A stretch of DNA of 64,000 bases, from contig NC_068983.1 in assembly GCF_001194135.2 (NCBI RefSeq), positions 80,358,752 through 80,422,751 on the forward strand, in the 5' to 3' direction. Below, in pieces: positions 36,477 to 49,900 of this stretch. Below the pieces are notes generated by a model. The model was not told the DNA's origin and did not search any database. It worked only from the letters and a program-made list of their open reading frames with translations. Source of the DNA: Octopus bimaculoides. Lineage: Eukaryota. Both the position numbers and the translations under genes were made by a program. The stretch's first letter is position 1, and the number at the start of each line of letters is the position of its first letter.

Positions 36477-39400
36477 TAATAACTCTTTGGGAGTTAAATT
36501 TATGTTGTAATCAATTTCAATTTTCAACTTTCTAAAATCAATGTACATTTAATTATAGGAAATAAAAGTTGTATGCTTAGAATAATATTTCAGTATAATT
36601 ATTATGATAAAAGCAATATGATCGTAATCACTATAACCATACTGTCATATCTTTACTCTCCTGGGGTCTTTATTTGACCAACACGCCTAGAAATAATTTT
36701 GATGTTATATAAATATGTTTGTCAAATTTTGAAGGTTATTTTAAGCAATAATTATGCATTCTGCTGACATATTTATGTGTAAAGTCTGATTTTGTTGTTT
36801 TCCTATATATATCATCTACGACCAGCACTCCACTTTGATGGTGTCAATTTTCTAATGTTCTGACTTCATTTTAGAGTATTCCAAAGAGCCCTAAAAGTCT
36901 TTCTTGTTTCAGTTGTACTGAAAGCTTCTTTAGTGACTGTGGTCATGGTTTCTAGTTGTCTACAATATTACTATCTAAATTTCTAGATATGTTTAGTTTT
37001 AAGTTTTCTTATTACCACTGAAAAAAATCAAATGCCTGAAATATATAACCTATTTATTTATTAATTCAATATTTCACAAATTTTCATTAAAAAAATAACT
37101 GATAATTTTTTAATATGTATTAAAGCATTGTTGAATCTGCAAATAGAAACTGTAGGCAATCAGATTAATTTGTTTAGGAAAGCTTCCGAATTTAGATAAT
37201 TTCATATTCCTTAAACTGTTTATTACCAGTGAATTAAATATGAAAACATTGCTCATTGTCAATTGCAAAGAATTTAAATTTGCAAAGAATACTATACAAG
37301 GGAAATAACTCTGTAAAACAAAATACTGTATTATTGCCCTTGAATTGCAAAACTTGTTATCGTTATGCATTTCTCAGTTTTATGGTGATATCGAACAAAC
37401 GTTTTCACTTCCTTTCTCGTAATAAGTTTCTTTAATTTTCGTGCTTATGTTTGTGATTTATACATGATAGATGTTTTTTTGAGTTGTCATTCATTAAAAT
37501 ATTTCTTGTAATCTTTGAAATGTGTTGGAAAAATTATGAACCCATTTTGTGTGTTTGTAGTAATTTAATTCTGCCTACTATAATTTTTTTCTTTTTTGTG
37601 ACGCTATAATTACATTTAATAGTTTTATCGTTTATCATTTAGTTTCCCCTTTTGGGGCTATATATATATATATATATATATATNNNNNNNNNNGCCATCC
37701 GGTTTCACCAGTCCTCAGTCAAATCGTCCAACCCATGCTGGCATGGAAAGCGGACGTTAAACGATGATGATGATGATGATGATATATATATATATTAAAA
37801 TTTGAATAAAGTACTTTCTGAAAACTAATAAACTATTATTTTTCTACATATTTTTCAATAGGGAATTTGCTATGAAGATGTGAACACATCAGATATTTGG
37901 TGCGGTGTTGATTCTTAGAGAAGGGAAAATATTTGATGTGTTATTAAGATTTCAGTTCGTTCATTCACTACTTGTAAATTTAATGGAATTGGAATATACT
38001 AGAATACATCTCAAGAATTTTCTAAAATGTTTTAAAGTAGGGGATATCTTGAGATTTGTGGATGAAAGCTGACTAATATTACATGAACTTCAACAGTCTG
38101 TTTCAATCTTGTATCCGTTATAAATTATTTACTTCAAAATTTATTTACACTTACATTTGAAATTGTCTTTGATTATGATGGTAAAGAGAAGGGAGATGGA
38201 AAATGATGAATTGGCTGTAGTATGCTAATACAGTTCTTTCAACCATTCTAACTGTGCATTCATGTCAGCAGTGCAAGCCAGGAAAAGCTAGTTATTTTAA
38301 GTTTAGAATATAGTGTTCTGAATCAATACAAAGAAAGGTTTATTTTAGAATTTTGAAGTTGAATGAATCAGCTTAATAGCTATTGTCAATGTTTTTCATA
38401 TTTTGAACCATATTTTTCAATGTTTATTTTTCCATAATTAGTGCTTACTACTTCTGGGTAAAGAATGGAAAATATTTTCACACATTTGGGTGAAGTATGT
38501 AAAAATTAAAGTGCCAAGTGTTGATGCATCTATAAAAATATTTCTACTTTTTTTATAGATTGCAATTGTAGACAGACTAATTTTAAAGTAAGTACTACAT
38601 TTTAAAGGAAACTAAACAAAAATAGTAATATCTGTAGATTTTATAATTGTAATTAGAAAAATCTGTAATGTTTTGTATTTTGGGAGGGTATTGAATTAGT
38701 GGATTGTTACGTTCAATTTTAAAAGGAATGGTAATACATGAAAATATAGCTTGACAGGATTTGTGGGTTTGGTTGCTTTCCTTTTTTTTAATGCTTTTTT
38801 TTTAATGCTTTTTTTTAATGCTTTTTTTATGAGTGATTGATTCACCAATTGATGTGCATGGTTTAATAGCTATTAAGTTAAAGACCCATGACACAATATC
38901 TTATGCAAAATATTAAATTGTGGAATGTATTATAGACCCAGGAAGCATAAATATAATTCTAAATCTGAAAAAGAAATAAACACCAAATTATCAGAAACTG
39001 ATAAATAATTATACTTTCTCAAACCCTGTCTAAAATGAATAGTATTAAAACTATTGGAGCATATTGGTTTTGATATTAAGGTTCTGGATAAAGTTAGACA
39101 TTACTTGCTTCTACCTATCTGACTGTAAAATGTATTATTACCATTACTTCACAGTTGAGTGCTTAACATTAAGAAACCTCCAGTTATAAGAGCAATAGCT
39201 CTATTAATTCATGTACAAAAATCTAAATTTGCTGAAACATCCATTTTATCCTTGCTAGAAAATGACAGTCATCTAGATTTGACTCAGTGGGACAATATAA
39301 ATTAATATTATCTTCTAAATATTTACAGATGAAATTAAAAAAAAAAAAAGGTATGTTTTATGGAACAGGAGTTGTAGTCCTTGATGAGAGTCAGAAACTC

Positions 39401-41534
39401 AAAATGTTTTAGATAATGTTTCTCAATAATTGTCTCTATTGGATTAGAAAGACAGGCAGGAACTCTAATGGAATAAGTTTGTGACTATAGAAAAATGTCC
39501 AACTTGGGAATAATCTAATATATTTGCTTCTCATAAATATAGATTTATGGGGTTGAAAGGATATGAATAAAAGGAAACTAATGTAAAAGTTAGCAAGAGA
39601 TTTGATGATGTCAGATATTAAGTACATTTGGTGTCATGGGTAACTACAACACAATTGGCAAAGATCTAACCACTTAAATGATTTAAATGACTTGAGTATG
39701 TTCAGTATCATGTGCAGTATACAAGATTATGGCTGTGGTGCGAATATGGTCAATGAATGTCAATGAACAGTAAGAATGAGGAAACATGAGGTGTGAATGT
39801 TTATAAAGAAGTGAGATTAACTGATGTAAAGATAAAGGAAGAAAAATCTTATGAGAATTTAGTTTAAGGAGTTGGAACCAAATATTTAGGCATTCACACA
39901 TGTGATGATAGATGATCTATGAAGTGTATAGAGAAAAGAACCTTAACCATAATAGAAAATAAGTGATTGCTAAAAATATTAATCATCCTGCCAACATCTC
40001 AAATATGATAAACCATTGAACATTTTATCTAGAAAATATGTTTCGAAAAAATCATGGCAAATATTTATTAACCATTCTGTTTAATTACTCATTTGTAACA
40101 ATTCTACTTTATCATTGTGTTTAAAAAAAAGCTATAACACAAATCAGATATTAAATCCATAAGACCTAATTTATCATTTAATTTATATTTTTCTTATATT
40201 GAACCTAGACTAATGAATATTTGAATATTTCCATTATAATCATTTATTTGAAATAAGATATCCATGGATAATTTTGTAAATGTTTGTATTAACAAAATAT
40301 TAATTTCCAGATTTGGCACAAGGCCACTAATCTTATAGAATCCATTCCTTAATTGGTACAAATATAATTTAGTCTAGAAGAATGATAGGCAAATTTGACT
40401 TTTGTGAAATTTTAATTCAGAACACAAATTTTAATTCAGAACACAAATAATTCAAATTGTAATTCAGATTGTAAGCTCTATAGCATATTCCAACCATCCT
40501 GCCAGACCAGGATGATACCATGAATCCATAAGTTCTGTTTTTCGTAATTTATCTGACTAATTATAGGACCCCTNNNNNNNNNNATACCATGAATCCATAA
40601 GTTCTGTTTTTCGTAATTTATCTGACTAATTATAGGACCCCTCCGCCCAAAATGGAAACATTAAATATTTTGATTATTTATAAATTCTGATTCTTTCTCA
40701 ATAATTTGATAATTTCTTTTTTTTTTTTTTTTAGTTATCTATAATCTATTTTCTGATATGATTATATTATCTAATAAATTGGAGGATTAACTTCACCTAA
40801 GAAGAAAATAAAGTGTTAGAGGCAATCAATAAGTAGCTAAAATTTTAATGTCTATTGATTTTAATATTTGTTCAAAGGTTATGATCAGATGTGTTTAAAT
40901 CTTGAGTCTGTGCAGTCTTTATTCATAAATATAGTGTATCATTTTCTTAACCCAGTTTTCATTTTTTTTTAATATTATTATTTTTTTTTTTGAAAATTAC
41001 TGAAATGGATTTTTTCCCTTTCTTTGGATTTTTTTCTATTTCTTAATCACTCTCCCTGATAACTATCATCAGCACTTCCCTAATCATTGTCATCTGTTCA
41101 TTTTCTTCTATATTGATAAAATTTCACTCAGATTTCATAAATATATCCAAAATAAATAGTTGTTACCTATTTAATATTTTAGCATTTAGTTACAGGTAAA
41201 ATATTACAAGAAGAAAAAATTCAGTGCAAGGAACAACTGAAATTAATGATTAATAAAAGAACCAAATGAAATGAAAGTAAAAAAAAAAGTAAAATGGCTA
41301 AGTGTATACAGTATTGCATTGCTTGTTTAAATGTTAGATCTACTTCAAACATTAACTGGGTGTTTGGGCAGTACACTTAACTCTGTGTAGTTTAATTCAC
41401 CCTATTGTTGTGAGTAGGTAGCAGATCTTTTGAGAATGCTACCTGAATCCTTTGGATGTAGAAGACATTTTACAATTTGTGAAATAAAGCAAACTACAAA
41501 TGAATATATATCTATAATATTACAATAAAATATA

Positions 41535-41765
41535 AGGTGGCAGAATTGTTAGCATACAGGGTAAAATGCTTAGCAGCATTTCGTCTGTCCTTATGTTCTG
41601 AGTTCAAATGTCGCTGAGGTCAAGTTTGCCTTTCATCCTTTTGAGGTTGATAAAATAAGTACCAGTTGAGTACTGGGTGTGTGTGTGTGTGTGTGGGGGG
41701 GACAATGTAATTGACTTAGCCCCTCCCCCGAAATTGCTGGCCTTGTGCCAAAATTTGAAATCGAT
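41535..41765 (+). mobile_element. Meta-domain-like tRNA SINE
   Basis: aggtggcagaattgttagca...gcctttcatccttttgaggttgataaaataagtaccagttgagtactggg...ggccttgtgccaaaatttgaaa. Confidence 0.75.
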
Positions 41766-42569
41766 ATTGCTATATAATATACATATACAAATTCCAGTTC
41801 TTGTGGGGAGGATTGGGAAAAGCATTTAGTGTATATGGAAGTAGTGGTCGAAGTTAAGATCAGTAGAGATGGTTTGTGATGTATGTATTGCTAGTTTAGT
41901 TAAGCCATTGTAATAGTGGTAAAAGAGGCAGATATAAGAAACCATACATTTGTGAGCCCATAATTTTTATGGATTTGTGTGTGGATTTCACTAATCAATC
42001 GGAGGGTCTGTTTTTAAAATTAGAAAAGTATTTCTCAAACAGGCAAATTCTAAAACATCCTTAAAAAAAAAGTAAAATATTTTGGCACTTCTCTCCATCT
42101 TTATTAATGAAAAGACAAAAACCATATTACTATTGAAATATGCTGCCTTTATTTCAATTAATTTGAAAATGATAAAGCATTTAATAAAATAACTTTGTAG
42201 TTCTTGAACGAGTATTTGAGATATAAAACTTTCCATCAAAAATAAATATTTTATAGAAGATTTTAATTTAGATGAAGTTTGTATCATAGAACCATGGGTA
42301 GTCTCAAGCAGACCAGTATCTGTAGGGTTAAATAAAGTTGGAATCTACCTAAATTTTATAAAACATAATTTGTTCTCCCCCTTTTCAATCATCACAGCTT
42401 CCTCTTCCCTATGAGAAACACTGATCTAGGATATTAATGTACATAGCAGCAGCACAACCTCATATTGTGTATTATATGTGTAAAACTACAATTGTGAGTT
42501 TTGCTTGAGTTTTGTTTAGCTGTTCATAAGGACTAAAGTGTTTTCTTCCTGAAGTAGAAATGTATTTTA

Positions 42570-42850
42570 GATGCAGACAAGAACCACTCCTTGTGCAGGT
42601 AAAAAGACAGAAGCTTGCTTAGTATGGTCATGTATTCTGCCACAACTCACTGTCTAAAACCATTCTTCAGGGCACAGTTGAGGGTGGCTAAAAGAGATCA
42701 AACAGAAAATCCTGATCCAAAAACATCAAGGACTGGACAGGTCACAACACAGCGAACCTGTGGTAATGGCTAACTATGAATGTATCTAGAGTGGCACCCT
42801 AGCAACTGGCTACATCAGTTAAGGAATCTTGATGATGATGATGATAATGA
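42570..42850 (+). mobile_element. Decayed RTE LINE 3' end
   Basis: QVKRQKLA*YGHV..HNSLSKTILQGTVEGG, followed by a (GAT)n tail. Confidence 0.7.
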
Positions 42851-43309
42851 TATGCATATGATACTTGAGATATAATCAAAGAAGCACTTATCATTGTAAC
42901 TGATGAAGTGCCAGAATCAGACTTTGTGATGAGTTTTATCTGTAGTTATTTTAAAGGTTTAAATTGCATGATGTTCATGTATAGGAAGGATCTAGTATAA
43001 AACTATTTCCTTGATATGTATAGTAATTATGTCTTGCTGTTGTTGAAGAAGCCTATGTTATTATGTCCCCCATTAGAAGATATTTTCTTGATCACTTCTT
43101 CCGTATAGATGTCTAAGCTATATGTATAAGAATATAGTAATGTACCTGAAGATCTGTTCAAATTGGCGGAATAAGCATGATCCAATAGTTGTACAAAAAT
43201 GAGAAAGCTTGAGTGCAAGTTAATTCAGAAAGTAACTTGACATCATGGCCATTAACTGCTTTTTGCAGAAAAGATGACTACAGAAATATGGATGTTTAAT
43301 ATTAATGGA

Positions 43310-43525
43310 TGGTAAAGTGGTGAGCTATCTGAATTGACAGCATGTTAGCTTAGTGGTTTTTTTTGTCTGTCTTTATGTTCTGAGTTCAAATTTCACTGAG
43401 GTCAACTTTGCCTTTTATCCTTTTGGGGTCAATAAAATAAGTATCAGTTGAACACTGGGGTAGATGTAATTCACTTACCCCTCCCCTAAAATTGCTGGAT
43501 TTGTGCTAAGATTTGAAACCAATAT
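43310..43525 (+). mobile_element. Meta-domain-like tRNA SINE
   Basis: gttctgagttcaaatttcactgaggtcaactttgccttttatccttttggggtcaataaaataagtatcagttg. Confidence 0.72.
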
Positions 43526-44539
43526 TAATGGAGGGTGCATGGAAAATGAAATTGTTGTGAGTTTAGATAGAAACTTAGACCAAAGTAGTTGGTAAATAGT
43601 AGTTATATCAGACCTTGCGATTGTAATGGTAGTAATAAGATGCTCGAAGCAATTTTGAATTATAGACCAAGGGAATCAAGCTAGCTTGGCAAACAGATAT
43701 TAAAATGATGACATTGATTTATATCTGCTTTATATTTCAGTAATATCTCAATTATTAAAGCTCGCTTCTTCTCATTGTCAAAAAAGATTTAATTCAGTTG
43801 ACTGTAGAAAAAGGAGATTCTCTAACATATTAATCATTCTGACACAGAACTGACATAAAGATCTAGAAGGGCTCTGAGTACATAATGACATATACTTTAG
43901 GGCTGGTAACATTTTTATTTTATTTTTACCGTGGAAGATTGAAAATGCAGTTTGTCCTGCTGCAGTCTCTTATCTAACACATCTGGTTAAGGGAGAGTAT
44001 ATATTCAGTACAGTTTACTTCCCATCCTGTTATTCTGGGAATTCTATTGCATTCAGAGTAACTGTGTAACTGAATATTATGAGAATACCATTGTCTGTAA
44101 GAGGTAAATGGGAAAAGCATGTTTGTGCAAAAGATTATCCTAGATCCACCTAAATTCAGAAATATTAAACTAAATTTTTCATGGAAATTATATATTTTAC
44201 ATATTTACATGGAGTCTGCGAACTTTGCAAACTCTCCTAGATTTGTGAAGTAGAAACAGTTGATGTTGTTCAGTATGAACATCTGCAATACATGTTAATA
44301 CACATAGGGAAGACATGAGTAGAAGTGGGTGGAGTTCTAGTGATTACTGTAAGAGGGAGAAAAGTTTGAGTAACATGTTAGTGACGGTTTAAAGGGTGAA
44401 ACAAAATAAAATAGGAATGGTGAGAGGAAATGAAGGGGATACATCAAACAAGCTTGGATGGAGGTGGTATTCATCTTGTTAAAAGGAGAAAAAACCATCA
44501 TAATATCAGTAGAAGAGGTTGAATGAACCAGAATGTGCA

Positions 44540-45420
44540 GCCAGAGATGCCATTGCCATGCAAACCTCATGCTTCCACCTTTGGAAAAAAAGCCCCTACA
44601 AGAAGGACCTGATTATGAGACGTTCATTTGACGAGGGTGTACTGTGGAGACAACTGACAAGTGAGTAACCAATGTGTTGCAAACAGAGCCTGTGCATTCC
44701 TTTAAAACTCCTTGTCTGACCTACAACAAAAGAGTTACCTGTAACAAATGTAGATATGAGAAAGCAAAGGTTTATCAAAGTGAGTCATGTCCAGAAAAGA
44801 GCAAAAAATGTGTAGCTTTTGGGGAAACAGGACACTTTGTAAAGGTTAAGGTTTGCAGTAGGAAAAGGCCTGTCCATGAGATAGCATACATAAAGGATCA
44901 TGCTTCAAATGACAGTGACTCAGATTCCAGCAACTGTGACATAAACAATAATGTTGGTTGTGTACTTGTGAGATCTGTAGCTTCAGATATGACGAGGGAC
45001 ATTGGAATTCTGCAAATCTTTGTCAATGACAGGGAGATATTCAAACGAGTCAATTCTGGCTGTAGTAAAACTTTGATTAGCATTAATGAGTTCAAGAGAA
45101 TGAATTGTGACAGTGAGCTTTCTCCTGACCAATGCTAAATTCACACCTTATGGCACAAAACAACTGTTCCCAATCAAAGGTTGTGCCAATATAACACTAG
45201 ATTCTGTAGGTGGTGTAAAACATGGCTTACGGATTTACATTATAGATGATAAAATGGAATCCTTGCTTGGTTGTGAAGATGTTAAGGCATTTTGGTTTTT
45301 GCTAATTTATCTAGATGGATTGGAAGCCTCTGTTATCAACTCTAACACCTCCAGGCTACTGGGCTCCATAGAAAAAGATACTAGTGTTCAGACTACTCTG
45401 TCAAATTTAACGATTATTTA
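44540..45420 (+). mobile_element. Ty3/Gypsy LTR retrotransposon remnant (gag zinc knuckles and aspartic protease)
   Basis: CNKCRYE...SCPEKSKKCVAFGETGHFVKVKVC (decayed double CCHC), then RVNSGCSKTLI (decayed DSG active site) and KFTPYGT...PIKG...ESLLG. No LTRs were recognised. Confidence 0.75.
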
Positions 45421-45739
45421 TTCAAATTGTTTTGAATTAATCTTGCATTGTCTGATACTTTAAAGATTTCAATGATGTTGTAGTTTTTTTTTTTTTTACA
45501 ACAACATTGAAAGGTAAGTGTGAGAGGCTGGACCTGGCTGGTTTGAACATAAAACAGATTAGTACATTTGGGCCAGATATGGCCAGTTTAAATGCTAAAG
45601 AGTTAATCATAAATGAGTTTTAAGTATTAATCTTTTGTAAAACTACAAAGAAGCTGAACCAAAATTTAGTTTTGCTGAAATGGTTGGGTCTTTACAAGAA
45701 CTGCCTATCATCAAAAATCCTGGTTCTTTGTCATCAACT

Positions 45740-46040
45740 CTGTGAGGTTCAAGGTCCTGAGATCAGTCTCATGTCCTTTTGTCTTCCCTCCTTTGCAACT
45801 TCCATCCCCATTAAATGATCAGCACTTTTGTATACACCTGTACTCAATCATACACATCACAAGACCATTCCAATGCAGTCTTCTTTCTTACACACTACAT
45901 CTGATTCATTCCTGCTGTATTCAGTTTTTCTCTCAGCACATTTGTACTGTCTTTCATGCTTACTTACATTGAACATAAATTGGAGTGTGCTTGCTTCATT
46001 TCTTTCTAGTCTTCTCAAATCTTCTGCATTCAAGGTCCAG
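45740..46040 (-). mobile_element. RTE LINE C-terminal fragment
   Basis: NAEDLRRLERNEAS matches the MTTEDMRKLERNEASML segment of the 24007-25165 copy. Confidence 0.7.
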
Positions 46041-46364
46041 AAATGTACAATTAATATATAGTTATAAGTACACATACGTATGTATTGATATATTATGTGA
46101 TATATATTATATAATAAATTTTATATAATGTATATTATTTAATATAATATATATTACATAATATTCACATACAAACTCATAGGCACTAAACAAGCTGGAG
46201 AAAATGGCACTTGAATACCAAATGTGGTAAGAAGTTTGCTTCCTAGCCATGTGGTTCCAGGTTTAGTCCCACTATGTGGCACCCTTGGGCAAGTGTCTTC
46301 TACTATAGCCTCAGATCAACCAAAACTTTATGAGTTGATTTGGTAGATGGAAACTGAAAGAAGC

Positions 46365-46410
<46 letters not shown>

Positions 46411-46599
46411 TCCATATGTGTGTGAGTTTTTGATTTGTTCTACTAAAACCCTTTAAGGTGGTGCTCCAGCTTGGCTATAGTCCAAAAACTAAAACAAGTA
46501 GAAGAATAAATTATTAATATTATAAATATATTTATATATGAGTTTATATGTGGGTATAAGTATGTTTCAGTGTATGTACACACACACACACACACACAC

Positions 46600-46960
46600 A
46601 CACAATTGGACATAGGAGATAACATGTTTAGTGCAGATGGAGTTGAATAAGGTGAGGTTGTTGTAGGATTGAGTGGGTTTGTTGAAAATAAAGATGACTA
46701 TGGTGGGGCTTGAGTAGTGAGAAGTTGACAGAATTAACGAAGGAATTGAAACTGTTTGATAGTGCAAGAGGTGGCATTACTACACTTGTACAGATACAGA
46801 TCATATAGGTTTTGGTTGAATCTTGTAAACTAGGAGAAAATTTGGATTCCATCAAGGCCAGTGAATAGTATCATATTATTAGGACCAATCCTAGTACCTA
46901 TTGCCACTCCAGTCATTAGTTGATAGAGCTTGTTAGCAAAGGGAAAGTAGTTGAGGTACT
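46600..46960 (-). mobile_element. Decayed Penelope-like reverse transcriptase fragment
   Basis: LNYFPFANKLYQLMTGVAIGTRIGPN corresponds to the PLE motif F....YQQ..GVAMGT.MGP, and FNKPTQSYNNL corresponds to Y.KPTDSH.YL. Confidence 0.6.
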
Positions 46961-49900
46961 AGGATATTTACATATGTACATGCATACATACATGCATGCA
47001 TACATCCATCCATACATAGATACATATATACGTGAAAGTGTAAGCATGTGCATAACTTATGCCAAAGAATGAAGATGTTGGCCATAACTATGAAATATCA
47101 ATGCTTTTTGAAGGATGTCCTCTGTTGACATTTCTACTGTATCAGATACACAGATACTTTTTTCCCACACTACCATCAGATATGGTGTGAACCAGTTATT
47201 AGTGTGCTGGACACATTGTGACCAATATAATATCATTGTTCACAAAGTGAGTTGTATATATATATAGTGTATTTTCTCTGAAAGGTAGCACATATTAACC
47301 TTGTTAGATATTGCTGTCATAACCTCTAGACTGAATATACTAAAAAGGAAAAGTTATCTAAAATTATCAGAGATACACATTGAACAGGGGACCATAAAAT
47401 GTAGTTGCAGTTTGAGGTTGAATTTTTTTGTACTGTTCTGAATGTCTTTCATTTTCAATAATTTTCTTTTTCAAAGTGATAACTGATTGGTCATTTGTGT
47501 TTGTGATAATCTCTACACTTAGATTTTATGTTTCTTCACTGAACATCAATTTTGCACATTGCTGTTAAATTACTTTGTGGTTTAGTTCTTAGAACCAGTT
47601 CAGAGTTTGAAGTCTGGTACATTTGTAAACTAATCTACAGCAGGTAGGCCATAGATTCCTAGAGGTACATAGAAAGTATTATCTTGTAACATAAGTGGAA
47701 AACTACCATAATTAGTGAAGTAATTGAAACAAATCATATAATATTTATGAAGCGCTGTAAAGTTGGTGATATTGAAAATACTGGGGAAGCATGTTTTAAA
47801 AGTGACATAGTTATAATATTATTGATTATTTTTTGGATACTGAAAACAGTAAAACGTGGAAATGTTTTTGAATAAACATAAGATGGTTGAAGTGTTAACT
47901 TTTAACCAAAAGCTTCTTGAAATGACTTAATTTAATTATATATTCTAAGACAATATATGAAAGCTACAAATTTCAAGAGAGCTTCCTAGAAATCATAATT
48001 ATTTTACCCAATACACTAATAAATGAAAATCTAGTAAAATAAATATTGAAATTAACTTTAACTATTTGAAGAATCAAAATTTTAGAACTTAATTTTTATA
48101 ACTGATGGGTTATTTTACACTTTAATTATTTCTAACTAAACTGTCAAATGATTACATTGGCAATTTGCTTTATTTTGCAGTTTGTATGGAAAGGATATTA
48201 CTAAAACCACACATTTTAATAAATTATAGCAAATATAATAAATTATAACAAATATAATAAATTATAACAAGAACAAAGAGGTTATTGAGGGCAATGGTAA
48301 ACTCTTGTGCATTGAAAAAGCAAGTAGATACATATTTTTTTTGTCAAAATTTAAAATTTCTTTGCAAAGTCTTACTTGACTTTGGGTTACTATTTCAGTT
48401 TGGATTATATTTTGAGTACATGTTGGTTGTCATTTAGCACAAGAGTAATAAAAATTGAGCTACAAAGCATACAACATATCCAACTTATTGCTAATGCTTG
48501 GTGGGATACCATATGAATGACTTTGAAATGCTACTTGAGCTGTTTCTTAAGTAACAAAACTCAACAAAGTAGAGTCATTCAATACTGAATTTACTTGCTT
48601 GTTTTGGCAGTTTGGGTGGAATTGTATGTCAACTTTGGGTAGCCCAACTTTGGATAGCTCAGGATTCCAGAAACAGTAATTTTATGTGAGAAAATATTGA
48701 TGAATTATTCTAAATGGTAATTTGATTAATCATTTTGCTATTCCTCTGAAGAACACTTTTCTATTTGAGGACAGATACAAAATAGAATTGCTCTAATCCA
48801 ATTCCTCTTTCCATGCATCTTGTAATAACTGGAATCTGAAAAATCTATGGGTTGTAGTATAATTCTGAAAGGTTGTGTGAACAAAATCTTTTACTTTTGA
48901 AATATTTGATAAAATTTAAGATGTTCATAATATATTATACATAAAGCTATAAGTTTAAGGCTACAAAACATTCATTCACTGCAAACAAAACGTAAGCAAT
49001 ATCTTCCCTAGAAAATATCCAATGTTAGTTTTATTAAATTTTGGAAATTTGTTTTCTATTTATGTATAAAAAAATAGGTCATAGAGGATCATTGATTGGT
49101 TAAAAATAGGTTGTGGTATTAAAAGTTTGGGAACTGTTGATTTATGTGATTGCACTTTAAGTCATTTTCAAGAAATTTCTTAGGTAGTTTAGTGATTTTA
49201 TAACTCTGCAATGATCATCCTGAAGAACTCTTTGTAATTTCTTTCTGTTTTGCTTCAAGTTTTGCAGAATTTCTCTGCTCAAGTAAAATCAAATTTCTCT
49301 TCTTTTCTGCCAAGCAGAGATATAATGCAGCAGAGTGACAAATTTTGATTATTTGTAGCTAGTCTTTCTACAATGGTGGCAATTTCAATGTTCTTCATTA
49401 TAATTCTTGTTTCATTCTGAAATCTATCAAGAAATTTTTATATGGTTCATGTTATTGCATGTACTCAACTTCAAGATTGTTTCTCTTTCCATGAAATTCT
49501 GCAAAACTGCACAAACGTCTCTTTAAAACTTTCTAAATCAGAACTTTTGTGACCTTAAGCAACTTGATTTTGTATGAATTAGATCTGGTGGTGTATGGAA
49601 ACAGCTGATAAGCTCCTAAGTACTGTGCATATTTTCTTTTTATCTTCAAATCTTCTTATTGATCCTTGTAAAGTTGCCTGTTGTTTTCTCTATTTTATGG
49701 TAATATTTTTGAAAGTGAAAATATCAAATTTTGTTTTGTTCCATGTTTCTCTTTGTCTTCATCATTAATTTTTTTCAATTTCTGATACAAAATGCAGATA
49801 TTGTTTATTTTACTAAATAATCATAATACTTAATGAGAAACCTAATCAAATTAAAATATATTTAAGTGGCTTTAGTAAGTAACGATCATAAGTATTATTA

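Noticed and set aside
37900-38200. Decayed Penelope GIY-YIG fragment on the minus strand (FKCKC...TRLKQ)
   Set aside because: Only scattered residues match and several frameshifts must be assumed.
40515-40642. Perfect 59-bp tandem duplication
   Set aside because: The two copies flank a 10-N gap, which is typical of an unmerged contig overlap (assembly artefact).
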